DNA of 64,000 nt, taken from assembly GCA_963803805.1 (NCBI GenBank), contig CAWDOD010000002.1:576001-640000 (forward strand), written 5' to 3'. The translations under genes and the position numbers were made by a program. This DNA comes from an uncultured cyanobacterium (GTDB taxonomy: Bacteria; Cyanobacteriota; Cyanobacteriia; Cyanobacteriales; CAWCAG01). The number at the start of each line of letters is the position of its first letter. The stretch's first letter is position 1. The notes below the pieces were generated by a model. It was not told where the DNA came from. It saw nothing but the letters and a program-made list of their open reading frames with translations, and did not search any database. Shown one piece after another: positions 10,472 through 21,076 of the stretch.

Positions 10472-10505
10472 ATTTAGTTTAAGTAATTTTATTTAGATCC
10501 TGAAA

Positions 10506-10547
10506 AGTACAGGTTGAGCATTTTTAAAGTAATGCTTAACCTGTACT
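10506..10547. terminator. Long intergenic hairpin between the two DUF2382 genes
   Basis: AGTACAGGTTGAGCATT / AATGCTTAACCTGTACT inverted repeat. Confidence 0.6.
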
Positions 10548-10585
10548 CAATAAACCTTATTTACAATGAGGTCAAAGCCAAGGTT

Positions 10586-11410
10586 TTATTTATTAACAAT
10601 TGGCTTACCATCAACATCTACATCTAACTCTTCCCGTCGAAGAGTTTCTTCTGCTGTGACAGTTTCGCGGTCGACTTCTTTTCTAACGCTTACTTCTTCT
10701 CTGACCACAGCTTCTTTACCAATCTTAGCCTTCTCTTCATACACTTCCATGCGGGCTACTTCTCCTGCTTTGAAGTTCGCTTCTCCGGGAGTTACAGCCC
10801 TTTGGTTAGTAGGTGTTGTACGTTCAATCACCACCCGCTCGTTTTCTACAGGAACTGAAGCTGTTGCTGTCTCAGTTTCTACTCTTTTACCAACAGCAAC
10901 TTCACCAGCCTTTTGTCTAGTTTTATCAGCTAATAATCTCTCTTCATAAAGTTTAATACTACCGTGATTTTCTGGAGTAGTATTATATAGTTCTTCATCA
11001 CGCTCATAACTATAATTATCACGGTCAAAAGTAGTGCTACGGCTTTTCGGAGAACGATAGACGTTTCTTACTCTTTCTTCATAATCTGCATCGACTACCA
11101 TATCATCATCATAAGTTGGTAAAGACTCTGCTTGATCTTTATTAGTTAGCCCTAAAGCATAGAGCTTATTACTATCATAATCGAAGCGGGCTTGACCAAC
11201 TGGCAATAATACTTTCTTACCAAAAATCCAAAATCCAGTATCAACAACTATGTAACGGAAGTTGCCAGATTCATCTACTAAAGCATCGTGAATTGTACCG
11301 AGCTTATCATTAGTTGTACCAGCATAAACATCGTATCCTTTAATATCTCTTCCAGCAAAGATATCTTTCTTATAATTAGGATAAAAATCTGCTAACTTTC
11401 TAAGAGCCAT
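10586..11410 (-). CDS. PRC-barrel + DUF2382 protein
   Basis: RYIVVDTGFWIFGKKVLLPVG; KLYEERL..K...GEVAVGKRVETE. Confidence 0.92.
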   Translation of the reverse strand: MALRKLADFYPNYKKDIFAGRDIKGYDVYAGTTNDKLGTIHDALVDESGNFRYIVVDTGFWIFGKKVLLPVGQARFDYDSNKLYALGLTNKDQAESLPTYDDDMVVDADYEERVRNVYRSPKSRSTTFDRDNYSYERDEELYNTTPENHGSIKLYEERLLADKTRQKAGEVAVGKRVETETATASVPVENERVVIERTTPTNQRAVTPGEANFKAGEVARMEVYEEKAKIGKEAVVREEVSVRKEVDRETVTAEETLRREELDVDVDGKPIVNK

Positions 11411-11824
11411 TTCTTTAATTCTTCTTCTCTAGCTACACCATACACATTAGCGAAATTAAGTTTTTTATTTGTCCATCTAACGAAATATCCATGTTAAATA
11501 AGTAACTACTTCTTTAGGAGCAAAAACTTTCAGGTATCTACTTAATACAGTTGCGTTCTAAGATACTCAAAACAAAGTAAAAAATTAGCTATAATAGAAC
11601 AATTTGAGACTTAATAGGTAGAAAAAAAATAGTACTTTAACACATAAGTCGTAGATAGATTCGTTGTTACCACTAGTAATTACTTCTTTTGATACAGTAG
11701 GAAGACTTGTTCTGAGATAGAGGGAAGATAAGCCTCAACCTAGCATAATTAAAACTAGGGGCATTGCTGGTTTTGATTCAGCAATGCCAAATTCAGCTAA
11801 TTTTAGCAACAAGGAAAATAAACT

Positions 11825-12501
11825 ATGAATACTCGAACCCCTAACAATAATGACTACAAACGCGCCGTGGGCGTATTTAACACCCGTGCAGAAACAGAAA
11901 GAGCGCTTCACGCCCTCAAAGATGCGGGATTTGATATGAATCGAGTTTCTGTGATCGTAAAAGACTCAGAATCAGGAGATCGCATTGCTGGGGCTGATGT
12001 TCATGAAAAAGCAGTTGGTAACAAAGCAGACGAAGGAGCCACTGCCGGGGCTTTAACTGGGGGTGCTTTGGGAACAGCGGCTGGTTTACTTGTTGGTTTA
12101 GGGGCTTTGACTATACCTCTGGTTGGCCCATTCTCTTAGCCGGTGCAGAAGCTACAGCTATCGCCACAACCTTGGCTGGAACAGCTATTGGTGCTGCGGC
12201 TGGAGGTTTGCTAGGAGGATTAATTGGTTTAGGCATCCCTGAAGAAAGAGCAAAAGTTTATAACGATCGCGTATCCCAAGGTCATTATCTAGTCATGGTT
12301 AGCGGTTCTTTAGCATCGGTACGCCTAGCGGAGAAAACCTTAAGCGACGGCGGTATCCAAGAGTGGGGTGTATATGATGCACCGGATTTAGCTGGAAAAG
12401 AAACTACTACTACTACAACCACTGCTAACACTGTTGCTTCCACTGATACCGATCCTGAAGTGGTAATTGTGGATCGCAGAGATCAAACTTCCCCACGCTA
12501 A
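11825..12501 (+). CDS. General stress protein (glycine-zipper type), split by a frameshift near 12130
   Basis: RAVGVF...IP.VGP continues as LLAGAEATAIATTLAG...GIPEERA in another frame; the two ORFs form one gene. Confidence 0.85.
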
Positions 12502-12542
12502 GTTAGCAAACACTTATATTTAATTGAAAGGGATTACAAACT

Positions 12543-12995
12543 ATGCAAAAATTAACCTTGCTTTTACTCAGCAGCTTATTGATGTTAGGAGGAGTTGCTT
12601 GTACTAATGCTAAGACCAGTGCTGACGCTCCTGATACAGTAACAGAAGAGGCAGAAGATCCTCAAGATGTTGAAGAAACTAAAGAAGACGCAGCAAGCGA
12701 AATTCGACAAGATCAGCTTAATGCAGATATCAAAGCTAGGGAAGAAAGAAACAACTTAGCTGGAGACGAATTGGAAAGGGCTGACTCTGACCTTGAGAGC
12801 GAAGTCCGCGCTAAATTAGAAGCAAATGTTCCTGGAGGCAAACTAACTGTCGCAGCAGAGGAAGGGGCAGTTACCGTTGCAGGAACAGTTCCTGATCAAA
12901 AAGAAGCTGAAACCATTGAATCTTTAGCTAAAGAAATTAAAGGTGTCAAAACTGTAACCGTTGATGTTGATGTTGTTCCTCCAGCAGAAGAATAA
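12543..12995 (+). CDS. BON-domain lipoprotein
   Basis: Lipobox GVAC; EVRAKLE...VTVAGTVP...IKGVKTV. Confidence 0.9.
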   Translation: MQKLTLLLLSSLLMLGGVACTNAKTSADAPDTVTEEAEDPQDVEETKEDAASEIRQDQLNADIKAREERNNLAGDELERADSDLESEVRAKLEANVPGGKLTVAAEEGAVTVAGTVPDQKEAETIESLAKEIKGVKTVTVDVDVVPPAEE

Positions 12996-13021
12996 CTTAA
13001 AGCGAAACAAAATATGTTGGG

Positions 13022-13050
13022 GGAGGGATACAAACAGTTTGTATCCCTCC
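13022..13050 (+). terminator. Intrinsic terminator
   Basis: GGAGGGATACAAA / TTTGTATCCCTCC stem followed by a T-rich tail. Confidence 0.75.
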
Positions 13051-13193
13051 TTTATTTGCTCTATTTTTGATTGATTTAATAATATGTAGTTTAGGTAAAA
13101 AAATACTATTATTAATCACAAATATTCAATCTTTAATGATAAATGGTATAAAGTAACTGCTGATTTAACATTGCAAAGGAACACAATTCTATT

Positions 13194-13677
13194 ATGATCG
13201 GGATCATCTTTTTTATGCCTCGCTTTCATCTTTAGTAGCTTCGTGGAATATTGGCTGCATCGCCTCATGCACGTTTCCCCAAGGGTAGGTAGCCGCCATA
13301 GAGATCATCATCGTCGTAATGAAGGACAGGGGGTTCTATGGGAATTCCGGGACTATATTCGGGGTGGCATTTTTGTAATGTGTTTGATGTTCTTAATCTC
13401 TTTACCAGCAGGCATTGGTTGGTTTTTAGGAGGGTTAGTATACGCTGCTTTTTCCGCCTATGCCCATCAGCTACAACACGAAAATCCCACTAAATGTTTC
13501 TGGATGAAAATGCCTGTTCATTACGTTCATCACAAATACGGTATGTGGCATCACAACTTTGGTTTAGCTGTAGATTGGTGGGACCATATCTTCGGTACTT
13601 ATAAACCTGTAGAATGGTTAACGGAGCAAGAAGAAGCCTTGCAAGAACTAAATTATTGGCAGTTACGCTGGTGGTGA
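13194..13677 (+). CDS. Sterol desaturase/fatty acid hydroxylase family protein (apparent +1 frameshift in T run near 13210)
   Basis: His boxes HRLMH, HRDHH, HQLQH, HYVHH. ATG at 13194 joins the frame if one T of the T6 run is removed. Confidence 0.85.
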
Positions 13678-13768
13678 TATTCAAGTTACAAGTCACTTAT
13701 TCATTGGCGTAAGCTTATCTGCCTATCTCTAGCTTACCGGGATAAATTAATATTAAACAGGGAAAACC

Positions 13769-16700
13769 ATGCACCGTCTCGCCGCAACTCCAGGAGGTTG
13801 GAATCCCAATGATGAAGGGGTCATTTTTATCGAACAAACCCCTGCACCCATAGTTTTTCTCACTGCTGCTGATACAGATATTCAAACCCTTGCTGCTGTA
13901 GTGTCTCACTTACCAGAAGACTTTCCAAGCATACGGGTTGCCAACTTGCTGCAACTGCAACAGCAACTTACCATTGATACTTATGGGGAAGATATTTTAT
14001 CACCAGCAAAAATTATTATCCTGCGTTTGTTGGGGGGAAGAGGCTATTGGCCCTATGGCTTGGAGGTTGTTAAAGAGATTATTGCAGAAACAGGGTGTGC
14101 TTTATTCGTTATACCAGGGGACGAACGTCCTGACCCTAGCTTAATTAGCCATTCTACGGTGTCTCTAGCTGCGGTTAACCAGTTGTGGCGCTATTTAACG
14201 GAAGGGGGAGTAGCCAACTTTGCCCATGCTTTGCAATTTGCTGCTGATACTTGTTTGGGTACAGGTTATGCCCCTTCCCCCCCTCAAAGAGTTCCTCGTT
14301 TAGGAGTTTATAAACACAAACACAATTCCAACAATGACTCTGCTAAGGTTGGTATTCTCTTTTACCGCGCCCATTATTTAGCAGGAAATACTGCCCCCAT
14401 TGATGCTCTTTGTGAAGCTTTAAGGGAGCGTAATTTAATTCCTCTGCCGATGTTCATTTCTTCAGTGAGTGAGCCAGAAATTCAAGCCGAGTTATTAAAC
14501 TATTTTCAAGATCAAGTTCAACTAATTCTTAATACCGCCAGCTTTTCTATTGCCAAACTTAATGAATCAGAAAAAAATACCTTTTGGCAACGGTTAAATG
14601 TTCCAGTTTTACAAGTCATTTTAAGTGGGGGTACTAAAGAAAAATGGGCAGCAAGTTGGCAAGGTTTAACTCCGAGGGATGTTGCCATGAATGTAGCTTT
14701 GCCGGAGGTGGATGGTAAAATCATTACCCGTGCTATCTCTTTTAAATCAGTCCAAACTTGGAATAAAAAGTTAGAAACTGATGTAGTTATTTATGAACCA
14801 GTTAAGGACAGGGTTGATTTTGTTGCTGATTTAGCTAGTAATTGGTTGAAGTTGAAGCAAACTCCTATAACAGAAAGAAAGATTGCTTTAATCTTAGCTA
14901 ATTATCCCAATAAAGATGGTCGCCTCGCCAATGGAGTGGGGCTAGATACTCCTGCTAGTTGTATAGAAATTCTCCAAGCTTTACAACAAGCAGGTTATCA
15001 AGTTACCGATATTCCTACCAATGGAGATGAATTAATTTCTCGCCTAACTTATGGAGTTACTAATGACCCAGAAGGGAAAGAGTTACGTCCCTGCCTACAA
15101 AGTTTATCTCAAGAAGAGTATCAACAGTACTTTGAAAATTTACCACAAAAAGTACAAACCGAAATCAGCGATCGCTTGCCAAATATCCCTCAATCCAACA
15201 TATCCATTCCTGGCATTCAATTAGGTAATATTTTTCTTGGTATTCAACCCTCAAGGGGCTATGATCTTGATCCGAGTTTAAATTATCACGCTCCCGATTT
15301 AGAACCAACCCCTGAATATTTAGCTTACTATTATTGGTTGAAAAAGAACTTCGGTGCTTTAGCTATTATTCATATTGGTAAGCATGGCAACTTAGAATGG
15401 TTGCCCGGTAAAAGTGTTTCTTTATCTGCTACTTGTTATCCAGAAATAACATTAGGAGCAATGCCTCACTTTTATCCTTTTATTGTTAATGATCCTGGGG
15501 AAGGTTCCCAAGCCAAGCGTCGTTCTCAAGGGGTAATTGTTGACCATTTAACTCCCCCTATGACTCGTGCTGAACTTTATGGTAACTTACACAAAATAGA
15601 AGCTTTAGTAGATGAGTATTATGAAGCCCAAACCTTAGATCCTTCCCGCTTAAAAATAATTAGTGATCGCCTTACTAAACTTATTATTCAAGAAAATCTG
15701 TCTCAAGATTTAGGCTTAACCGAAGCAGAAATAAATAACTCCTCAGAACTCACTACCAGTATCGATGGCTATTTATGCGAACTAAAAGAGGCGCAAATTA
15801 AGGATGGCTTACATATTTTAGGTGAATGTCCCCAAGGAAGACAATTAAGAGATTTAATCGTAGCGATCGCCCGTTCTCCAGATCAAGATAGAATTGGTTT
15901 AACCTGCGCTCTTGCTGAAGATTTAGGTTGGAATTTTAACCCTTTAACTGCAAATCCTACAGACAGTTTTTCGGGCAAAAAGTTTCATAATTTAGGGGAT
16001 GCTATTGAATTTATAGAAGAAAAAGCAGCGAGTTTAGTAGAAGCAATTATTTCTGCATCCCCTCGTAATAAATATCAATCTCCAAACCTCAACAAAGAAA
16101 TTAATTGGATAGAAAAATATCTTTTACCAAAATTACAACAAACTCCCCAAGAAATAACCAACTTGTTGAGAGGATTAGAAGGGAAATATCTAGCAAGTGG
16201 TGCTGCTGGCGCACCAACTAGAGGTAGAGCAGACGTATTACCCACTGGGCGCAACTTCTACTCCGTAGATATCCGCGCTATCCCCACAGAAACAGCCTGG
16301 AATGTCGGCAGGAAAGCCGCAGAAGCTGTTGTTGAACGCTATACCCAAGAAAACGGCGAATATCCCCAAACCTTAGCCATTTCTGTCTGGGGAACCTCTA
16401 CCATGCGTACTGGAGGAGATGACATTGCTGAAGCCTTAGCTTTGTTGGGAGTGCAACCTGTTTGGGATGGCGCGTCTCGGCGAGTTGTAGACTTTGAAAT
16501 CTTACCCGTATCTGGGTTGGGAAGGCCCCGTGTTGATGTTACTCTACGCATCTCAGGGTTTTTTCGCGATGGCTTCCCCAATCTAATAGATTTATTTTAC
16601 AATGCCGTGAACGTAGTAGCAAGTCTTGATGAATCTCCCGAAGACAATCCCTTAGCTGCCAAAGTCAAACAGGAAGAGGATTTGTGGGAACAAGCAGGAG

Positions 16701-17458
16701 TAAAAAAAGAACAAGCTGAGGAGCGATCGCGCCACCGCATATTTGGTTCTAAACCTGGCGCTTATGGGGCGGGGTTGCAGGGCTTAATTGAAGGGCAAAA
16801 CTGGACAAGTGATGAAGATTTAGCCCGTGCCTATATTAACTGGAGTTCTTATGCCTATGGAACCGGTGGCAAGGGAAAAGCTGCACCAGAAGCTTTCGCT
16901 AAGCGCCTAGAACAAATGCAAATTGTCCTCCACAACCAAGACAATCGTGAACATGACATCCTCGACTCTGATGATTACTATCAGTTTCAAGGGGGCTTAA
17001 CCGCAGCAGTCAGGGCAGTTACAGGGAAAAATCCCCAAACCTACTTTGGTGACAACTCCCTCCCCAGCAACCCTAAAGTACGACAGTTAACGGAAGAAAT
17101 CGCTAGGGTTTATCGTTCCCGCGTTGTTAATCCTAAATGGATTGCTGGGGTAATGCGCCACGGTTATAAAGGGGCTTTTGAAATGGCAGCCACGGTAGAT
17201 TATTTATTTGCCTACGATGCCACCGCTAGATGTGTGGCAGATTATATGTATCAAGGGGTTGCAGAGGCATACATCTTTGACGAACAAGTACAAAAGTTTA
17301 TTCAGGACAAAAATCCTTGGGCTTTAAGAGATATGGCAGAAAGGCTTTTGGAAGCCCAACAACGAGGTTTGTGGCAAGAAGTTAGTGAAGAGACTGTAAG
17401 TAAGTTAAAGGGGATTGTCAATCAAGCAGAGGGGGAAATTGAAACTGGTAATGGCTAG
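13769..17458 (+). CDS. cobN: Cobaltochelatase subunit CobN
   Basis: 1229 aa; MHRLAATPGG, GKHGNLEWLPGK, LPTGRNFY, HNQDNREHD. Confidence 0.97.
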   Translation: MHRLAATPGGWNPNDEGVIFIEQTPAPIVFLTAADTDIQTLAAVVSHLPEDFPSIRVANLLQLQQQLTIDTYGEDILSPAKIIILRLLGGRGYWPYGLEVVKEIIAETGCALFVIPGDERPDPSLISHSTVSLAAVNQLWRYLTEGGVANFAHALQFAADTCLGTGYAPSPPQRVPRLGVYKHKHNSNNDSAKVGILFYRAHYLAGNTAPIDALCEALRERNLIPLPMFISSVSEPEIQAELLNYFQDQVQLILNTASFSIAKLNESEKNTFWQRLNVPVLQVILSGGTKEKWAASWQGLTPRDVAMNVALPEVDGKIITRAISFKSVQTWNKKLETDVVIYEPVKDRVDFVADLASNWLKLKQTPITERKIALILANYPNKDGRLANGVGLDTPASCIEILQALQQAGYQVTDIPTNGDELISRLTYGVTNDPEGKELRPCLQSLSQEEYQQYFENLPQKVQTEISDRLPNIPQSNISIPGIQLGNIFLGIQPSRGYDLDPSLNYHAPDLEPTPEYLAYYYWLKKNFGALAIIHIGKHGNLEWLPGKSVSLSATCYPEITLGAMPHFYPFIVNDPGEGSQAKRRSQGVIVDHLTPPMTRAELYGNLHKIEALVDEYYEAQTLDPSRLKIISDRLTKLIIQENLSQDLGLTEAEINNSSELTTSIDGYLCELKEAQIKDGLHILGECPQGRQLRDLIVAIARSPDQDRIGLTCALAEDLGWNFNPLTANPTDSFSGKKFHNLGDAIEFIEEKAASLVEAIISASPRNKYQSPNLNKEINWIEKYLLPKLQQTPQEITNLLRGLEGKYLASGAAGAPTRGRADVLPTGRNFYSVDIRAIPTETAWNVGRKAAEAVVERYTQENGEYPQTLAISVWGTSTMRTGGDDIAEALALLGVQPVWDGASRRVVDFEILPVSGLGRPRVDVTLRISGFFRDGFPNLIDLFYNAVNVVASLDESPEDNPLAAKVKQEEDLWEQAGVKKEQAEERSRHRIFGSKPGAYGAGLQGLIEGQNWTSDEDLARAYINWSSYAYGTGGKGKAAPEAFAKRLEQMQIVLHNQDNREHDILDSDDYYQFQGGLTAAVRAVTGKNPQTYFGDNSLPSNPKVRQLTEEIARVYRSRVVNPKWIAGVMRHGYKGAFEMAATVDYLFAYDATARCVADYMYQGVAEAYIFDEQVQKFIQDKNPWALRDMAERLLEAQQRGLWQEVSEETVSKLKGIVNQAEGEIETGNG

Positions 17459-17699
17459 TTGCTAACTACCACTGGTAACAAGTTAAACTATTATTCAATT
17501 TCTCAAATATCCTTATATGAAAAAGAGCAATGCTTGATAAGCTGTTATACTTTTAAATTGGTTTGTTAGAGTAGGAAATAGAGAATATTCACCAGTAAAG
17601 AGTTTGAGGAAGATTAGGCTATTTTATAAATACCAACTTTGTATGTGCCTTAGCTTGCTAGACAAATGTAATTCATAATTATCAACTATCAATTATTAA

Positions 17700-18740
17700 A
17701 TGGCTTCTAGAATTACAGAATTACGAAATCAAGGTTTAGTCACCCTAGGAATTGGCATCATTCGACTATATCAAAATACCATAAGTCGAGCAACTCCACC
17801 TCGTTGTCGTTATTTTCCTTCCTGCTCAAAATACGCCATTGAAGCGATTCAAAATTTTGGTTTAGAGACAGGGATAAAGCTGGCAAGCAAGCGTATAAGA
17901 AGATGCAAACGCCCTTACGGTGGATATGATCCAATCCCTAACCATTTAACTATTAATTCTCATTCCGGTCGAAATATCCGCAGCAATAATATTTCTCAGG
18001 AACGTTTCGATACCATTAAAGAAAATCAAAACCCCTTAGATGTAAACAACTTTGATCACCAGTTCAAATTAATATTATCTTATCCAACAAATCGAGAATT
18101 TTATTCTCAAAAAGACTTAAAATGCAAACTAGCTGAATTTCATGAATATGTTTTAGAAATTTCTCAATATGCCATACTTTATAAGGTTGATAAAGTAGAA
18201 GCAGGAATCATCAATGATCATTACTTAATTCGCTTTTCAGGAACCACTTCTTCTGCATATTTAGAAAATCAACTTGATGAAATTATTGGCTTACTAATTG
18301 CCCAACTAGAAAGCTTTTTTACCATTGTCCAAGAAAATGAATTTCAACCTTTATATTTTGAAGTAGATGGTCAAGTTTATCTTAAACCCGAAGCAAATCA
18401 ACCTTCAGTACCAAAAGAATATTCCCCTCAAGAGAACTTTTGGTTTTACACAAATTATGCCAGTGTCTGGGACGATTATTGGGGTTCTTATTTCGTTTCC
18501 CAACTCTTTGAAATCTTTTTCAATAGCCTTGAATTAGCTGCTGGTGTTACCAATGAAGTCGGTACAGATTTCATCAACCCTATAGAAGTAAATAGAATAA
18601 TAAATAGCAGTAACCAAGGAGGCAATTTTTCTGAAAATAATGGATGTGATTTAAGTGATGGTTGTGGTGATTTATTAAGTGATGGTTGTGGTGAAATTTG
18701 TAGTCAAGGTTGCGGTAGTATATTTGATGGCTGTTCTTGA
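17700..18740 (+). CDS. YidD-domain protein with long C-terminal extension and Cys-rich tail
   Basis: N-terminal IRLYQ..IS...[17 protein letters not shown]...RIRRC...GGYDPIP, then about 265 unassigned residues. Confidence 0.8.
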   Translation: MASRITELRNQGLVTLGIGIIRLYQNTISRATPPRCRYFPSCSKYAIEAIQNFGLETGIKLASKRIRRCKRPYGGYDPIPNHLTINSHSGRNIRSNNISQERFDTIKENQNPLDVNNFDHQFKLILSYPTNREFYSQKDLKCKLAEFHEYVLEISQYAILYKVDKVEAGIINDHYLIRFSGTTSSAYLENQLDEIIGLLIAQLESFFTIVQENEFQPLYFEVDGQVYLKPEANQPSVPKEYSPQENFWFYTNYASVWDDYWGSYFVSQLFEIFFNSLELAAGVTNEVGTDFINPIEVNRIINSSNQGGNFSENNGCDLSDGCGDLLSDGCGEICSQGCGSIFDGCS

Positions 18741-18762
18741 GAATAACAAAACTTTTCATTCT

Positions 18763-19701
18763 TCAGGCCTGCGGCGTAGTATTATCTCCATACTTAATCA
18801 AAAGTGCGATCGCAATACTAACAGTAAAAATAAGTACCATACTCAAAGCCGAACCAAAACCCCAATTACGGGTTGCTCCCAGAAATTGATTGTAAATTAA
18901 GCGGGAGACAGTCATACTAGAAAGTCCTCCCAAAATTTCTGGATCTACAAAGTCCCCTAAAGAAGAAATAAACACGAGTAGAGAACCGGCAAAAATACCA
19001 GGGAAAGTTTGAGGGATCGTCACCTTCCAAAAAGTTTCCGCAGGCTTTGCACCTAAGTCCGCAGAGGCTTCCAATAACTGTCTATCTAGCTTTTCAATAG
19101 AAGCATAGAGAACTAAGACCATATAGGGCAAATAACTATAAGCCATACCAATTAAAACTGCTGTTTTGCTATACCAAAATGCCACTTCTGGGATACCAAA
19201 AATACCTAAAAAGCTATTTAATACTCCTGTAGGGCGCAGAATAGTAATCCAAGCATAGGTACGCAACAATGAAGAAGTCCAAAGGGGTAAAATAAACCCC
19301 AGTAAGAGAATGTTACGCCAGCGTTTCGGAGCCATTTGTGCAATCCAATAAGCTACGGGGAAGCCTAATAATAGGCAAATAATGGTGCTGCTAATGGCGA
19401 AAAAGAGTGAGCGACCCAAAACTTTGAGATAAAGAGGATTAAGTACCTCTAAATAATTACTAATACCATCAGGACTAACTACTTGCCCTGGTCTAATACC
19501 TGATACTAAACTCAACTCAAAAATCACCAAAGTTGGTAATATTAGTAGTAAAAGCAACCAAAAACCCGCAGGGCCAAGTAAAGTTAAGATACCTAACCAT
19601 TGAGACTCAGAAGAACTCGTTTCTACGGCAACTGCTGGCTTTTGCAGTTCGTCGCTGGGTTCTAGATTAGATCGGGGGGGAAAAGTAGATTTTTTAGGCA
19701 C
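18763..19701 (-). CDS. potB: Polyamine ABC transporter permease (PotB-like)
   Basis: LPLWTSSLLRTYAW, YLPYMVL, EAA loop LLEASADLGA. Confidence 0.88.
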   Translation of the reverse strand: MPKKSTFPPRSNLEPSDELQKPAVAVETSSSESQWLGILTLLGPAGFWLLLLLILPTLVIFELSLVSGIRPGQVVSPDGISNYLEVLNPLYLKVLGRSLFFAISSTIICLLLGFPVAYWIAQMAPKRWRNILLLGFILPLWTSSLLRTYAWITILRPTGVLNSFLGIFGIPEVAFWYSKTAVLIGMAYSYLPYMVLVLYASIEKLDRQLLEASADLGAKPAETFWKVTIPQTFPGIFAGSLLVFISSLGDFVDPEILGGLSSMTVSRLIYNQFLGATRNWGFGSALSMVLIFTVSIAIALLIKYGDNTTPQA

Positions 19702-19802
19702 GATGTAATAAAAAATTTAGGTTTAGAAAGACTAATATTGCAATTACCCGATTTTATTTAGCTATTCACAAAACATATCATTAGAAAACCACCATAATTA
19801 AT

Positions 19803-21002
19803 TTAACCACTAGTTAATTGAGTCCAGAAGCGGTCGTAAATTTCGTTGACTTCTTCGTTTAAAGGAACTAACCCTTCACATTTTTCCAGAACAGATTCCG
19901 GGGGATAGAGAGTATAGTCGTTTTGTATTTCTTGGGGTAAAAGATTATAAGCCCCTTGACTAGGTGCAGAAAAATGTAAGCGTTGACAAATGCGGGCAGC
20001 AACTTCCGGTTTGAGCATAAAATTAATCCAAGCATAAGCAGCATCTGGATTGGGGGCGCTGCGAGGAATAACCAATGTGTCTACCCAAACAGAAGAACCG
20101 CTATCAGGAACTATGTATTCTAAATCTTCATTGACCTCAATAACTTCTGTAGCATCAGAAGAGTAACACATGGCCATGAATAAATCCCCAGAAAGAATTT
20201 GTGTTCGCCAAGCATCAGAATTCAATGAAGCAATGGTTGGTTTAAGTTCAACTAATTTCTCATATGCTTGTTTAATTTCTTGGTACTCTGTGGAGTTGTA
20301 AGAATAACCCAAAGAACTTAAGGTTGCACCCATAACTTCCCGCACATCATTAGGTAAAGTGACGCGCCTAGCAATTTCTTGGCTATTTTCCCATAAGTAA
20401 TCCCAATCTTTTGGTAATTGAGATAGTTTTGCAGGGTTGTAAACTAAACCTGTGGTTCCCCAGCTTAGTGGCACACTGTACTGATTACCTGGATCATAAG
20501 CGGGATTTTCAAAATTAGGAAATAGTTGGTCTAGCCCTTTCAGGCGAGAATGGTCTAACTTTTTCAATATTCCTAGCTCGACCATACTAATCACCATATA
20601 CTCTGAAGGATAGATGATGCTGTAGCCTCCGCCACCGCTAGCTTGGATTTTAGCTAGCATAACTTCATTGGAGTCAAAAACATCCGCTACTACTTCAATA
20701 CCTGTTTCTTGGCGAAATTGCTCTAATAACTCATCGTCTGTATAACCTGCCCAGGTATAGATATATAGCTTGTCCTTAGAACCTTGTTGAACAGGAACAA
20801 CTTCTTCTTCTGAGGGTTCAACATCATCTTCCTCTTCTTCACTAGCAGCAGGACTAACATTAGCAATTGTCCAACCGCAACTAGATAGCCATAAACTAGG
20901 AAGTGTGATCGCCGCACCCTGTAAAAATTGACGGCGACGAAGCTGTTTTAATAACCTGTGGCGATGAGTAGAAGACACTGTATACCATTTATCATTGAAC
21001 AT
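19803..21002 (-). CDS. potD: Polyamine ABC transporter substrate-binding protein (start uncertain)
   Basis: Tat signal RRRQFL plus lipobox LSSC; LYIYTWAGY, FDSNE, WGTTGL. Confidence 0.88.
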   Translation of the reverse strand: MFNDKWYTVSSTHRHRLLKQLRRRQFLQGAAITLPSLWLSSCGWTIANVSPAASEEEEDDVEPSEEEVVPVQQGSKDKLYIYTWAGYTDDELLEQFRQETGIEVVADVFDSNEVMLAKIQASGGGGYSIIYPSEYMVISMVELGILKKLDHSRLKGLDQLFPNFENPAYDPGNQYSVPLSWGTTGLVYNPAKLSQLPKDWDYLWENSQEIARRVTLPNDVREVMGATLSSLGYSYNSTEYQEIKQAYEKLVELKPTIASLNSDAWRTQILSGDLFMAMCYSSDATEVIEVNEDLEYIVPDSGSSVWVDTLVIPRSAPNPDAAYAWINFMLKPEVAARICQRLHFSAPSQGAYNLLPQEIQNDYTLYPPESVLEKCEGLVPLNEEVNEIYDRFWTQLTSG

Positions 21003-21076
21003 TGAACATTTTAGCCTTCGGCAGCGGCAAGCCGTACATTGTAGGGTTTACCCTTGTCGAAGAAATCATTCATAAA

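Noticed and set aside
13678-13768. Cobalamin riboswitch upstream of cobN
   Set aside because: The gap is only ~90 nt and I see no B12-box.
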